Shown here piece by piece: positions 29,460 through 38,483 of a DNA stretch of 64,000 bases. A program made the translations under genes and the position numbers. The notes beneath the pieces were generated by a model. That model was not told the origin of the DNA and did not search any database. It saw only the letters and a program-made list of their open reading frames with translations. The first letter of the stretch is position 1. Every line of letters starts with the position of its first letter. The DNA comes from Sporichthyaceae bacterium (GTDB lineage Bacteria > Actinomycetota > Actinomycetes > JACCUZ01), in the NCBI GenBank assembly GCA_031365725.1, contig JANLYQ010000060.1:19073-83072 (forward strand), given 5' to 3'.

Positions 29460-30586
29460 CCCGGTTCGTCGTCGAGGCCGACGGGGGGTCCCGCGGCAAC
29501 CCGGGCCCGGCGGCGTACGGCACGGTTGTCAAGGACGCGGAGACCGGTGAAGTGCTGCGCGAGATCGGCGAGCACATCGGCAAGGCGAGCAACAACGTGG
29601 CCGAGTACCGCGGGTTGATCGCCGGGCTCGAGGCAGCCCGCGAGCTCGACCCGTCGGCCACGGTCGAAGCGCGGCTGGACTCCAAGCTCGTGGTCGAACA
29701 GCTGTCGGGTCGATGGAAGGTCAAGCACCCGGACATGCAGGTGCTCGCGTTGCGGGCGCGGGATGTGCTGCCGCCCTCGCAGGTGACTTACACCTGGGTG
29801 CCGCGCGAGCAGAACAAGCACGCCGACCGGCTTGCCAACGAGGCGCTCGACGCGGCCGCACGCGGTGAGGCATGGTCGCCGTCGGACAGCACCGCCGAGC
29901 TGCGCAACAAGGAGGTGGCTGCTGAGGCAGGTGCGCCGGGCCGCATGGTCGGCTGGGACGTCGGTCTCGGCGACCCCACGACCACGATGCTGCTGCGGCA
30001 CGGCGAGACGGCGCACACAGTCGAGAAGCGGTTCAGCGGAGCCGGCGGCCTCGACCCTGCGCTCTCGACCGAGGGCGAGCGACAGGCCCTTGCCGCGGCG
30101 GAACGCCTTGCTGCAGAAGGCGGTGTGGACGTTGTCGTGTCGTCACCGATGCGGCGCACCCGTCAGACCGCCGATGCAGTGGCGAGTGCTCTCGGTGTCT
30201 CGGTGCGAGAGGCCGAGGGATTTCGGGAGTGTGCGTTCGGAGAGTGGGAGAGCCTGACCTTCGCCGAGGTGCGTGAGGGCTGGCCGGACCAGCTGCGTGA
30301 CTGGTTGACCGACCCCATGGTGCGTCCGCCCGGCGGCGAGTCCTTCGACGACGTACGACGACGTGCTCTGCGGGCACGTGACCAGGTGCTCGCTCGTCAC
30401 TCCCGCTCGACCGTGCTCGTTGTCACGCACGTGACACCGATCAAGCTGCTGGTGCTCGATGCACTCGGTGCCCCGATGTCGGCGATGTTCCGGATGGAGC
30501 TCACCCCCGCGACGCTCACCGAGATCGATTGGTACGCCGAGGGGCATGCATCGATGCGCCGGTTCAATGACGCTGCACACATCTGA
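29456..30586 (+). CDS. bifunctional RNase H / histidine-phosphatase (CobC/PGAM-like) protein, Rv2228c-like
   Basis: N-terminal RNase H motifs (EADGGSRGNPGPAAYG, ...NNVAEYRGL) and a C-terminal RHGET histidine phosphatase domain. GTGA overlap with the upstream gene. Confidence 0.8.
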   Translation: MTRFVVEADGGSRGNPGPAAYGTVVKDAETGEVLREIGEHIGKASNNVAEYRGLIAGLEAARELDPSATVEARLDSKLVVEQLSGRWKVKHPDMQVLALRARDVLPPSQVTYTWVPREQNKHADRLANEALDAAARGEAWSPSDSTAELRNKEVAAEAGAPGRMVGWDVGLGDPTTTMLLRHGETAHTVEKRFSGAGGLDPALSTEGERQALAAAERLAAEGGVDVVVSSPMRRTRQTADAVASALGVSVREAEGFRECAFGEWESLTFAEVREGWPDQLRDWLTDPMVRPPGGESFDDVRRRALRARDQVLARHSRSTVLVVTHVTPIKLLVLDALGAPMSAMFRMELTPATLTEIDWYAEGHASMRRFNDAAHI

Positions 30587-30601
30587 GGCGGCACCTTCGC
30601 T

Positions 30602-31600
30602 CTAGCGCACCAGCTTGGGCAGCACCTCGCGACCGAAGACCTCGATCCACTCGGCTTGGTTGCGGCCCACGTTGTGCAGATAGACCCGGTCGAAGCCGAG
30701 GTCGACGAAGCGCTGGATGTTGGCCCGGTGCACGTCGGGGTCGGCACTGATGACCATGCGACCCTCGAAGTCCTCGGGTCGCACGAGCGCCGCGATCGCC
30801 GCGAAGTCGTGCGGTGACCGGATGTCGGCTTTGGCGAACTTCATGCCACCGTTGGGCCACTCGGTGATGGCGTTGGTCAGCGCCTGCTCGTCGGTCTCGG
30901 CCCATGACAGATGCAGCTGCAGCACCTTGGGCATGGTGTCGGGATCCTTGCCGGCCTCGCGCGCACCTTCGGCGAACTTCTCGAACAAGCCGCCGATCTT
31001 CGCAAGGGGTGCGCCGACGGTGATGATGCCGTCCGCCACGCGTCCGGTGCGCTTGGCGTTGACCGGCCCTGCGGTGGCCACCAGCACCGGTGGCGGTGTC
31101 TCCGGCATGGTCCAGAGCCGGGTCGTCTCGAGGGTGAAGAACTCGCCGCGGTGCTTGACGTCCTTGCCCTCGATCGATGCGGCGAACAACGCCTTGATGA
31201 TGTCGATCGCCTCGAACATCCGGCGCGACCGCTCAGGGGCCTCAGGCCAGTAGCCACCGATCACGTGCTCGTTGAGTGCCTCGCCGGCACCCACCCCGAG
31301 CCAGTGCCGACCTGGGTACATCGCGGCCATCGTGGCGCTGGCCTGCGCGACGACTGCGGGGTGGAACCGGAACGACGGACAGGTGACGCCGGGGCCGAGG
31401 TCGCCGGTGGTGCGTTCGCCGACCGCGGCCAGGACGTTCCACACGAACGCGGACTGTCCCTGCGCCGGCACCCACGGCTGGAAGTGGTCTGCTGCCATGC
31501 AGCCGGAGAACCCGTGCGCCTCGGCCAGCACGGTCAGCTCGACCGCGTCGCGGGGCGTCAGCTGCTCGAGCATCGCGGCGTACCCGACGGTCAGAGGCAT
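30602..31600 (-). CDS. F420-dependent luciferase-like monooxygenase (LLM class) oxidoreductase
   Basis: 332 aa. LLM TIM-barrel sequence typical of F420-dependent actinobacterial oxidoreductases. Confidence 0.8.
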   Translation of the reverse strand: MPLTVGYAAMLEQLTPRDAVELTVLAEAHGFSGCMAADHFQPWVPAQGQSAFVWNVLAAVGERTTGDLGPGVTCPSFRFHPAVVAQASATMAAMYPGRHWLGVGAGEALNEHVIGGYWPEAPERSRRMFEAIDIIKALFAASIEGKDVKHRGEFFTLETTRLWTMPETPPPVLVATAGPVNAKRTGRVADGIITVGAPLAKIGGLFEKFAEGAREAGKDPDTMPKVLQLHLSWAETDEQALTNAITEWPNGGMKFAKADIRSPHDFAAIAALVRPEDFEGRMVISADPDVHRANIQRFVDLGFDRVYLHNVGRNQAEWIEVFGREVLPKLVR

Positions 31601-31779
31601 GCGCCGAGCCTAGTGAGTGGCTATCGTGCGGCGCATGGACAACGTGGCGTGGTTGTTCGGCTACTTCGCCGTCCTGCCGTTTGTCTGGATCGTGGCAGGT
31701 TTGATCGTGGTGGCGCTTGTCGCCGTGGTGGTCACCGTCGTGGTTCGGCAGCCTCGGGTGTCGGCGTACAGCGACCGCA

Positions 31780-32292
31780 TCACCCCGTGACCAGTGCCAC
31801 GTCGCCGATGATGTCGGAGCCGTCCGTGCGCACGACGAGGCAGCTGTAACCGCGATCGTGCCACGCAAGGTCGGTGGGGGCGAAAGTGAGGACGTCGTAC
31901 GCCAGGTTGCCCTGCAGTGCCCGGTCGAATGCCGCGGCGCAGCGGTTGTCCACCATCGAGGCGATCGCTGTCGTGCCCGGGTACTCGCCCTCGGGCAGTG
32001 AGCCCGTGGTGATGACCTGTGCGGAGTGCGGCTCGGCGCAGGGCAAAGCGGTGAGCCCGTCGATCTCAGTCCTGCTGTCGAGGTGGACGCAGTCGCCGGC
32101 GCGCAGGGCGTTGACGGCTAGTGGGCCGCTCTTCACGAGTCGCTGGTTGGCGTCGCGGGCGGGGTCGTTGTGCGTGATGACCAGAATGAGGGCGATGCTG
32201 AGGACGGCCATGATGCCCAGCATCAGGGCGATGCCGCCGCAGCCGGGGCGCTTGTCCGGCGGGTAGTGCGCATGCTGGGTGTGTGAGGGCAC
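31780..32292 (-). CDS. septum-formation-family membrane protein
   Basis: N-terminal TM helix plus an extracytoplasmic domain with conserved Cys pairs (GDCVHL...CAEPH...DNRC). Resembles Pfam Septum_form. Confidence 0.5.
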   Translation of the reverse strand: MPSHTQHAHYPPDKRPGCGGIALMLGIMAVLSIALILVITHNDPARDANQRLVKSGPLAVNALRAGDCVHLDSRTEIDGLTALPCAEPHSAQVITTGSLPEGEYPGTTAIASMVDNRCAAAFDRALQGNLAYDVLTFAPTDLAWHDRGYSCLVVRTDGSDIIGDVALVTG

Positions 32293-32358
32293 GAGGCGCG
32301 AGCCTAGGCTTTCGGCCTTTCTCCCGCGGCCCGTCCCGCGCGCCGATGGGTCTCCCTG

Positions 32359-32958
32359 GTGCGCGCCTACAACCCGGCGGTGGAGATGGCGCCGCCGATG
32401 CTGCCGCCGGCCGTGACGCTGGCGGCCGCGCCCAGCAACAGCGCAGGCAGCGCACGCAGAGCTCGCGAGCGGTGGACGTCAGGTGCTGGCCCCGCGCGAG
32501 CGGTGCCGCAGCGGTGCGGGGACTGGGTCCGCTGGCTGGTCGATCCGGTCTCGGGGGAGCTGCTCGACGTCGGCGCCGAACGCTACCGGCCCTCCGACCG
32601 GCTGCGCCGGTTCGTCGTGGCCCAGGACCGGGTGTGCCGGTTCCCGGGCTGCCCCCGCCCGGCGTCGATGTGTGACTGCGACCACGTCGTGACCTTCGCC
32701 CACCACGGGCGCACCGTGCGGGTCAACCTCGGCCCGCTGTGCCGCTCCCACCACAACGCGAAGACCCACGGACTGTGGCAACTCGCCTACGACCCCGACA
32801 CCGGGGACAAGACTGGACCAGCCCCCGGGCAAGGCCTACACCGTGAGCACCGACCCCGTCCTCACCTGAGTCGACCCAGCACCAGAGCACGATCGAGACA
32901 GCGCACCCGGGGGCCAGCGCACCAGAGCACCCGCGCACCAGAAGGCCAGGACACCTGA
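32359..32958 (+). pseudogene. 5'-truncated remnant of a DUF222/HNH endonuclease (REP13E12-like) gene
   Basis: Only the C-terminal HNH region is present (RFVVAQDRVCRFPGCPRPASMCDCDHVVTFAHHGRTVRVNLGPLCRSHHNAKTHGLW). The roughly 300-aa DUF222 N-terminal part is absent. The septum-protein gene abuts it. Confidence 0.5.
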
Positions 32959-32960
32959 CG

Positions 32961-33024
32961 GCCAGAGGGCCAGAGGGCCAGAGGGCCAGAGGGCCAGAGG
33001 GCCAGAGGGCCAGACGGCCGGAGA
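32961..33024. repeat. octanucleotide microsatellite (GCCAGAGG) x6 perfect plus 2 degenerate copies, 35 bp upstream of the metallophosphoesterase start
   Basis: The sequence gccagagggccagagggccagagggccagagggccagagggccagagggccagacggccggaga is seen directly. Confidence 0.9.
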
Positions 33025-33058
33025 ATCGGAGCGTTGGAGCCCGCGTGGATTCGCGCAC

Positions 33059-33877
33059 ATGCGCATCGCGGTGCTCGCGGACATCCACGCGAACCTGCCC
33101 GCGCTGGAAGCTGTCCTCGCTGAGCCGGACGTCACATCGGCCGACAGGGTGGTGCTGCTGGGCGACATTGCCCTTGGGCCGATGCCGGCTGAGTCACTCG
33201 ACCTGCTCAGCGCTCTCGGCGAGCGAGCGGTGTGGGTTCACAGCAACTGCGAGCGCGAAATTGTTGCTGCGTACGACGCCCGCGAGCACCGTGCTCCCGC
33301 GCAGAGCGTCGCTCAGCATCCCGCGGCCGGCCGCCACGTGGAGGAGTCCGAGGGTCCCACCATGGCGAAGGCCGAGGTGTCCAAACCGCCGGCGGCACGG
33401 GCCGGCGCGGCACCATTGCAACCGCACCATCGCGACCTGCTCGATGGTGTGCCGATGACGGTGACGCTCGATGTCGACGGGCTCGGCCCGGTGCTGTCCT
33501 GCCACGCCACGCCCCGGCGCGACGACGAGGTCGTCCTCGTTGACAGCCCCATGACCCGATGGGTCGACGTGCTGCACGGCGTCGCCGAGCCGACCGTCGT
33601 GCTGGGCCACACGCACATGCCCTTCGACCGCCTCGTCGACCGCCGGCGAGTCGTCAATCCGGGCAGCGTCGGCATGGCCTACGGCGCGTCCGGCGCCTGC
33701 TGGGCACTTCTCGGCACGCTGGGGTCACCGGTGCAGCTGCGGCGGACGGCGTATGACGTCAACAGGGCAGCTGCCCGCATCGCCGCGAGCAGCTACGAGG
33801 GCGCCGACTCGTGGGCCCAGGACTATGTGCTCGCGCCCCCTCGGATGCCGAGGCACTCGAGGTCTTCACCCGCCTGA
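33059..33877 (+). CDS. metallophosphoesterase (calcineurin-like, YfcE/MJ0936-type)
   Basis: MRIAVLADIHANLPALEAVL, GDIALGP and GHTHMPFD motifs. Confidence 0.8.
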   Translation: MRIAVLADIHANLPALEAVLAEPDVTSADRVVLLGDIALGPMPAESLDLLSALGERAVWVHSNCEREIVAAYDAREHRAPAQSVAQHPAAGRHVEESEGPTMAKAEVSKPPAARAGAAPLQPHHRDLLDGVPMTVTLDVDGLGPVLSCHATPRRDDEVVLVDSPMTRWVDVLHGVAEPTVVLGHTHMPFDRLVDRRRVVNPGSVGMAYGASGACWALLGTLGSPVQLRRTAYDVNRAAARIAASSYEGADSWAQDYVLAPPRMPRHSRSSPA

Positions 33878-35062
33878 CGTGACGGCCAGCGCGAGGGTCG
33901 ATGCGATGAGCAGCACGGGTACCCCGACCAGGCCGTACGCCGCGAACTGCAGCGACGACACCTGCACACCCCGAGCGCGGCAGCGTTCGCGCCAGAGCAG
34001 CGTGGCGAGGGACCCCCACAGCAGCACCATCGGCCCCACGTTGGTCCCGAGCAGCAGGGCGAGCAGCCGGTCCTGTCCGGCGACGGCGGCATCGGCAGCA
34101 GCACCAGCACTGGCAGCAGCACCAGAACCCGCGGCTGCCTGAGGCTCGATGACCAGGTACGCCGGCAGGTTGTTGACCATATTGCCGGCTACCGCCCCGA
34201 CCCCCGCTACCTGCAACAGCGAGGTGAGGTCCGACCCGGTGCCGGTCACCACTTCCACCGCTCGGTGGCCACCGTGCCGCAGGGCAGTCTCGACCGTGAA
34301 GGCCAGCCCCAGCACGAACACCGTGAGCTGCCACGGGATCAAGCCGAACCGCAGCGCGGCACGGCGGCGTAGAACGAACACGAGGACAAGAGCGACCGCC
34401 GACGCTGACACCGTCACTGTCGGATCAGCGCCCAGCAACAACGGCGGCACGAGACCGACACAGGCCAGCCCCGACGCCACCAGCAGGACCGCGTCGTCAG
34501 CGACCGGCCGTTCCGGCACCGGGTAGCGCAGCCGCAGCACGCGGTGGAAACGCAGCCCGATCAGCAGCACCGTGAGCACGACGGCGACCACGGCCGGCAG
34601 CCACATCCGGGCAGCGAACGCCGGCGTGCTCAGCCCGAGCCGGTGCAGCGCGAGAAGGTTGGTCAGGTTGGACACCGGCAGCAGGAGACTCGCGGTGTTG
34701 GCCAGCCACACGGTCAGCAGCGCAAACGGCAGTGGCGGCAGCCGCAGCTGCGCGGACAGCGACAGCACCACCGGTGTCAGAAGCACAGCGGTCGTGTCCA
34801 GACCGAGCAGCACCGTCGTCGCGGTAGCCAGCACCGACACCAGCAGGAACAACATCGACGTCCGGCCCCGCGCCAGACGTGAGGCGTGCATCGCAGCCAC
34901 GTCGAAGATGCCCGACACCTCGCACAGCTCGGCGAGCACCGTGATCGCGACCAGGAAGACCAGGATCGGCGCCATCCGCGACAGCACGTCGCCGGCGCCC
35001 GACAGCGGCAGCAGGCGCGAGGCAAGACAGATGGCGGCAGCCGCCGCGCCCAGGCGCCACAT
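33866..35062 (-). CDS. ArsB/NhaD-superfamily anion permease
   Basis: 398 aa polytopic membrane protein with ArsB/CitMHS-like repeats. Confidence 0.65.
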   Translation of the reverse strand: MWRLGAAAAAICLASRLLPLSGAGDVLSRMAPILVFLVAITVLAELCEVSGIFDVAAMHASRLARGRTSMLFLLVSVLATATTVLLGLDTTAVLLTPVVLSLSAQLRLPPLPFALLTVWLANTASLLLPVSNLTNLLALHRLGLSTPAFAARMWLPAVVAVVLTVLLIGLRFHRVLRLRYPVPERPVADDAVLLVASGLACVGLVPPLLLGADPTVTVSASAVALVLVFVLRRRAALRFGLIPWQLTVFVLGLAFTVETALRHGGHRAVEVVTGTGSDLTSLLQVAGVGAVAGNMVNNLPAYLVIEPQAAAGSGAAASAGAAADAAVAGQDRLLALLLGTNVGPMVLLWGSLATLLWRERCRARGVQVSSLQFAAYGLVGVPVLLIASTLALAVTSGG

Positions 35063-35181
35063 GCGGTGACCTGTGCCCGCTGCAGGGGAGATTCACTCGG
35101 CGATCCGACCGCAGACCTGTGCTGCCTTCACGCCGCAGAGCAGCACTGGCTGCATCGGCCCAGGTGCGTAGTCTGCCCCGC

Positions 35182-36630
35182 ATGCCGCGTCGCCATCTCA
35201 GCCTCCGTGTCCAGGACGACCCCAGGGGTGCCGCGCTCCGGGCCGGCTTCGCCCGCATCCGCCGGGAGCAGGGCATCCCGGAGGAGTTCCCCGCGGCTGT
35301 GCTCGCCGAGGCGGAGGCCGCGGCCACAGCGCCGCGCCCCACGACGTACAGCGTGAACGACGGCACGGACCTCACCGACCTGTCCTTCCTCACCATCGAC
35401 CCGCCCGGCTCCACCGACCTCGACCAGGCCATGCACCTCGAGCGTCGCGGCACTGGCTTCCGGGTGCGCTACGCGATCGCCGACGTCGCGTCCTTCGTCA
35501 CCCCCGGCGGCGAGGTCGACCGCGAGGCGCACAAGCGCGTCGAGACCCTCTACTGCCCCGACCTGCGCACGCCCCTTCACCCGCCGGTGCTCTCCGAGGG
35601 GGCGGCATCGCTGCTGCCCGACCAGGTACGCCCGGCGCTGCTGTGGACGATCGACCTCGACGCCGCGGGAGAGCAGACCGCTGTCGAGGTACGCCGGTCA
35701 CTGGTGCGCTCACGCGACCGGCTGGACTACGCCGGGGTGCAGCAGGCCGTCGATGCCGGCACGACCGACGAGCGGCTCCTGCTGCTCGCCGAGGTCGGCA
35801 AGCTGCGGATGGCCCTGGAGGTCGAGCGCGGCGGGGTCAGCCTGCCGATCCCGGAGCAGGAGATCGTGCAGCACGGTGACACCTTTGGCCTGGAGTACCG
35901 CGTCACGCTGCCGGTCGAGTCGTGGAACGAGCAGATCTCGCTGATGACCGGCATGGCTGCAGCGGGGCTGATGCTGCACGGCCAGATCGGCATCCTGCGC
36001 ACCCTACCCAAGGCACCGGACGGCGCCCTGGAGCGGCTGCGGCGGGTGGCCCGCGGCCTCGGCATCGCTTGGCCCGACGGCGTCTCGTACGCCGAGGTCG
36101 CCCACGGTCTCGACCCGGCCAACCCCCGTCACGCTGCTCTGCTCGACCAGTCGACCTCGTTGCTGCGTGGTGCGGGCTACACGGCCTTCGACGGTGACAT
36201 CCCGGAAGTGGCTACTCACGCCGCAGTGGCCGCCGAGTACGCCCACACCACAGCCCCGCTGCGCCGACTCGTCGATCGCTACGTGGGCGAGGTCTGCCTC
36301 GCGCTCTGTGCTGGGACCGACGTCCCCGGGTGGGCTCGTTCTGCGCTGACCACCTTGCCGACCGAGATGGCCGACGCCGACCACCGCGCGCACGCCCTGG
36401 AGCGCGAATGCGTCGCGTTGATGGAGGCGGCCGTGCTGGCCGGGCGCGAAGGCGAGGAGTTCGACGCCATCGCCTTGGACGACGACCCCCAGCACGGGGG
36501 CACCGTGCAGCTGCTCGATCCCGCCGTGCGCGCGTCCTGCTCAGGCAACCTCCCGGTGGGGGAGAAGGTGCGGGTCCGTCTCGTCACCGCCGACCAGACC
36601 AAGCGCATCGTGGCCTTCGCTCTCGTCTGA
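35182..36630 (+). CDS. RNB-domain exoribonuclease (RNase II/R family)
   Basis: RNB catalytic motifs (FLTIDPPGSTDLDQAMHLER, YCPDLRTPLHP). ATG at 35182. Located immediately upstream of rnpB. Confidence 0.8.
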   Translation: MPRRHLSLRVQDDPRGAALRAGFARIRREQGIPEEFPAAVLAEAEAAATAPRPTTYSVNDGTDLTDLSFLTIDPPGSTDLDQAMHLERRGTGFRVRYAIADVASFVTPGGEVDREAHKRVETLYCPDLRTPLHPPVLSEGAASLLPDQVRPALLWTIDLDAAGEQTAVEVRRSLVRSRDRLDYAGVQQAVDAGTTDERLLLLAEVGKLRMALEVERGGVSLPIPEQEIVQHGDTFGLEYRVTLPVESWNEQISLMTGMAAAGLMLHGQIGILRTLPKAPDGALERLRRVARGLGIAWPDGVSYAEVAHGLDPANPRHAALLDQSTSLLRGAGYTAFDGDIPEVATHAAVAAEYAHTTAPLRRLVDRYVGEVCLALCAGTDVPGWARSALTTLPTEMADADHRAHALERECVALMEAAVLAGREGEEFDAIALDDDPQHGGTVQLLDPAVRASCSGNLPVGEKVRVRLVTADQTKRIVAFALV

Positions 36631-36650
36631 CGGCGGTAGGCTCGGGCGCA

Positions 36651-37058
36651 CGGCGGACGAGCCGGCCGGACGGTCGCGTCGGGCCCCTTCACGGGGACCC
36701 GCCGAGGAAAGTCCGGGCTCCACAGGGCGCGGTGGTGGGCAACACCCACCCGGGGTGACCCGCGGGACAGTGCCACAGAGAACAGACCGCCGACGCACAG
36801 CCTTCGGGCGGTACGTCGGTAAGGGTGAAACGGTGGTGCAAGAGACCACCAGCGCCCGAGGCGACTCGGGCGGCTAGGCAAACCCCACCCGGAGCAAGGT
36901 CAGACAGGGAGCGATCTGCGTGAGCAGGAGAGGGCGGCCCGCCCGAGCTCCCGGGTAGACCGCACGAGGCTGTCGGCAACGGCAGCCCTAGATGGATGAC
37001 CGTCCGCGCACCTTCGGGTGCGTGACAGAACCCGGCTTACAGGCCGACTCGTCCGCCG
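36651..37058 (+). ncRNA. rnpB: RNase P RNA, bacterial type A
   Basis: Universally conserved P4 strands GAGGAAAGTCCGGGCTCCACAGGGC and ACAGAACCCGGCTTA. The AGGGTGAAACGGTGGTGCAAGAGACCACC module is present. P1 pairing runs between 36651-36667 and 37042-37058. Confidence 0.88.
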
Positions 37059-37063
37059 CCTGT
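37031..37063 (+). repeat. left copy of a 33-bp direct repeat (CCCGGCTTACAGGCCGACTCGTCCGCCGCCTGT) covering the 3' end of rnpB (attL-like)
   Basis: An identical 33-mer recurs at 41168..41200. Confidence 0.85.
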
Positions 37064-37220
37064 GGCCGCTGACGTTCGCGACGCTCCGTACTAGGCCGCT
37101 GACCTGCGGAAACGCGGAATTGCAAAGTGACGGAGGTGGGTCGGCTGGATTGCGCATCGTCGCCGAAACAAGTCGAACAAGACACTGAAGGAGCCACCCA
37201 GATGCACCGATGGACCCCTC

Positions 37221-38483
37221 GTGCCTGCCAATCCGTTGCTGGAGAGCCTTAAAGGCGCCGTCGAGGCGGTACCGGAGGACATCCCGCTACGCCTGCACTA
37301 CGGCGAACTGCTGCTCAGCGAAGGGCTACGGGAGGAATCCGTCAGGCAGGCGGCATCCATCCTCCAGCGAGACCCGGCGCACCTTGGGGCGCTCACGCTG
37401 ATCGCGAACGCGTCATCAGTCCCGATGGAGACCGAGGGCGGCCAGGTCGGCGATTTCGCCCCTGATGCGGTCGCCGGTGGCGCGGGGACCGACCACTCGG
37501 TGGCGCAGACCGCGTCCGACCATGTGCTGCAGCGGCTCGACGCTGAGCTGAGCGGGATCGCGGCGCCGATGTACGTCGACTCGGGCCCGGACGACTCCTC
37601 CGCTGGGTTGTTCGACGTCGAGCAGGTCGGAGTTCGCCTCGCAGATGTCGGTGGCATGGTCGAGGTCAAGGCGCGGCTCGAGGCGGCCGTATTCGCTCCA
37701 TTGCGCCACCCGGAACTGGTCAAGCTGTACGGGAAGTCGCTACGCGGCGGCCTCCTGCTGTACGGCCCCCCGGGTTGCGGCAAGACCTTCATCGCACGTG
37801 CCGTCGCGGGCGAGATGAACGCGCACTTCATTGCCGTGTCGCTGGCCGACGTTCTGGACATGTACATCGGGCAGAGCGAGCGCAACATCCGGGACCTGTT
37901 CGAGACCGCTCGCGCAAACGCGCCCTGCGTGGTGTTCCTCGACGAGGTCGACGCCATCGGCCAGAAACGTAGCCAGATGCGCAACTCCGCAGCACGAGGC
38001 GCCGTGAATCAACTGCTGACCGAGATGGACGGCATCTCCGCGGCCAATGACGGTGTCTACATTCTCGGGGCCACCAACCATCCCTGGGACGTCGACGTCG
38101 CGTTGCGCCGGCCCGGGCGATTCGATCGCATGGTCCTCGTGCTGCCACCCGATGAGCCGGCGCGGGAAGCCATCTTGCGCTACCACCTGCGCGGCCGTCC
38201 CATTGCCGGCGTCGACCCAGCCAAGCTCGCCAAACACACGGACGGGTACTCCGGGGCCGACCTGGCCTACGTGTGCGAGGCGGCGGCCGAGCGAGCGCTG
38301 ATCGACTCCGCACGTTCCGGCAACGTACGCATGATGGGTCACGAAGATCTCGACGCCGCAGTCCGAGACGTCCACCCATCCATCGGGCCCTGGCTGGAGA
38401 CCGCGCGGAACGTCGCCGAGTTCGCGAACGCGGGCGGCACCTACGACGACCTGCTCACCTACTTGCGGCGCCGTCGCAGGTGA
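37221..38483 (+). CDS. classic-clade AAA+ ATPase (Vps4/CDC48-like) with a short N-terminal helical (MIT/TPR-like) region
   Basis: Walker A GPPGCGKT, Walker B VVFLDEVD, and second region of homology ATNHPWDVDVALRRPGRFDRMV. N-terminal roughly 60 aa helical, then an acidic linker. Confidence 0.8.
   Translation: MPANPLLESLKGAVEAVPEDIPLRLHYGELLLSEGLREESVRQAASILQRDPAHLGALTLIANASSVPMETEGGQVGDFAPDAVAGGAGTDHSVAQTASDHVLQRLDAELSGIAAPMYVDSGPDDSSAGLFDVEQVGVRLADVGGMVEVKARLEAAVFAPLRHPELVKLYGKSLRGGLLLYGPPGCGKTFIARAVAGEMNAHFIAVSLADVLDMYIGQSERNIRDLFETARANAPCVVFLDEVDAIGQKRSQMRNSAARGAVNQLLTEMDGISAANDGVYILGATNHPWDVDVALRRPGRFDRMVLVLPPDEPAREAILRYHLRGRPIAGVDPAKLAKHTDGYSGADLAYVCEAAAERALIDSARSGNVRMMGHEDLDAAVRDVHPSIGPWLETARNVAEFANAGGTYDDLLTYLRRRRR

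Noticed and set aside
32930-33030. Possible CRISPR array suggested by a regularly spaced short repeat
   Set aside because: The units are contiguous 8-mers with no spacers and no cas genes nearby. It is a microsatellite, not CRISPR.
38273-38479. N-terminal 69 codons of track ORF 38273..39586 (TPR protein)
   Set aside because: That part lies inside the AAA ATPase gene in another frame. The TPR protein most plausibly starts at GTG 38480, overlapping the ATPase stop.
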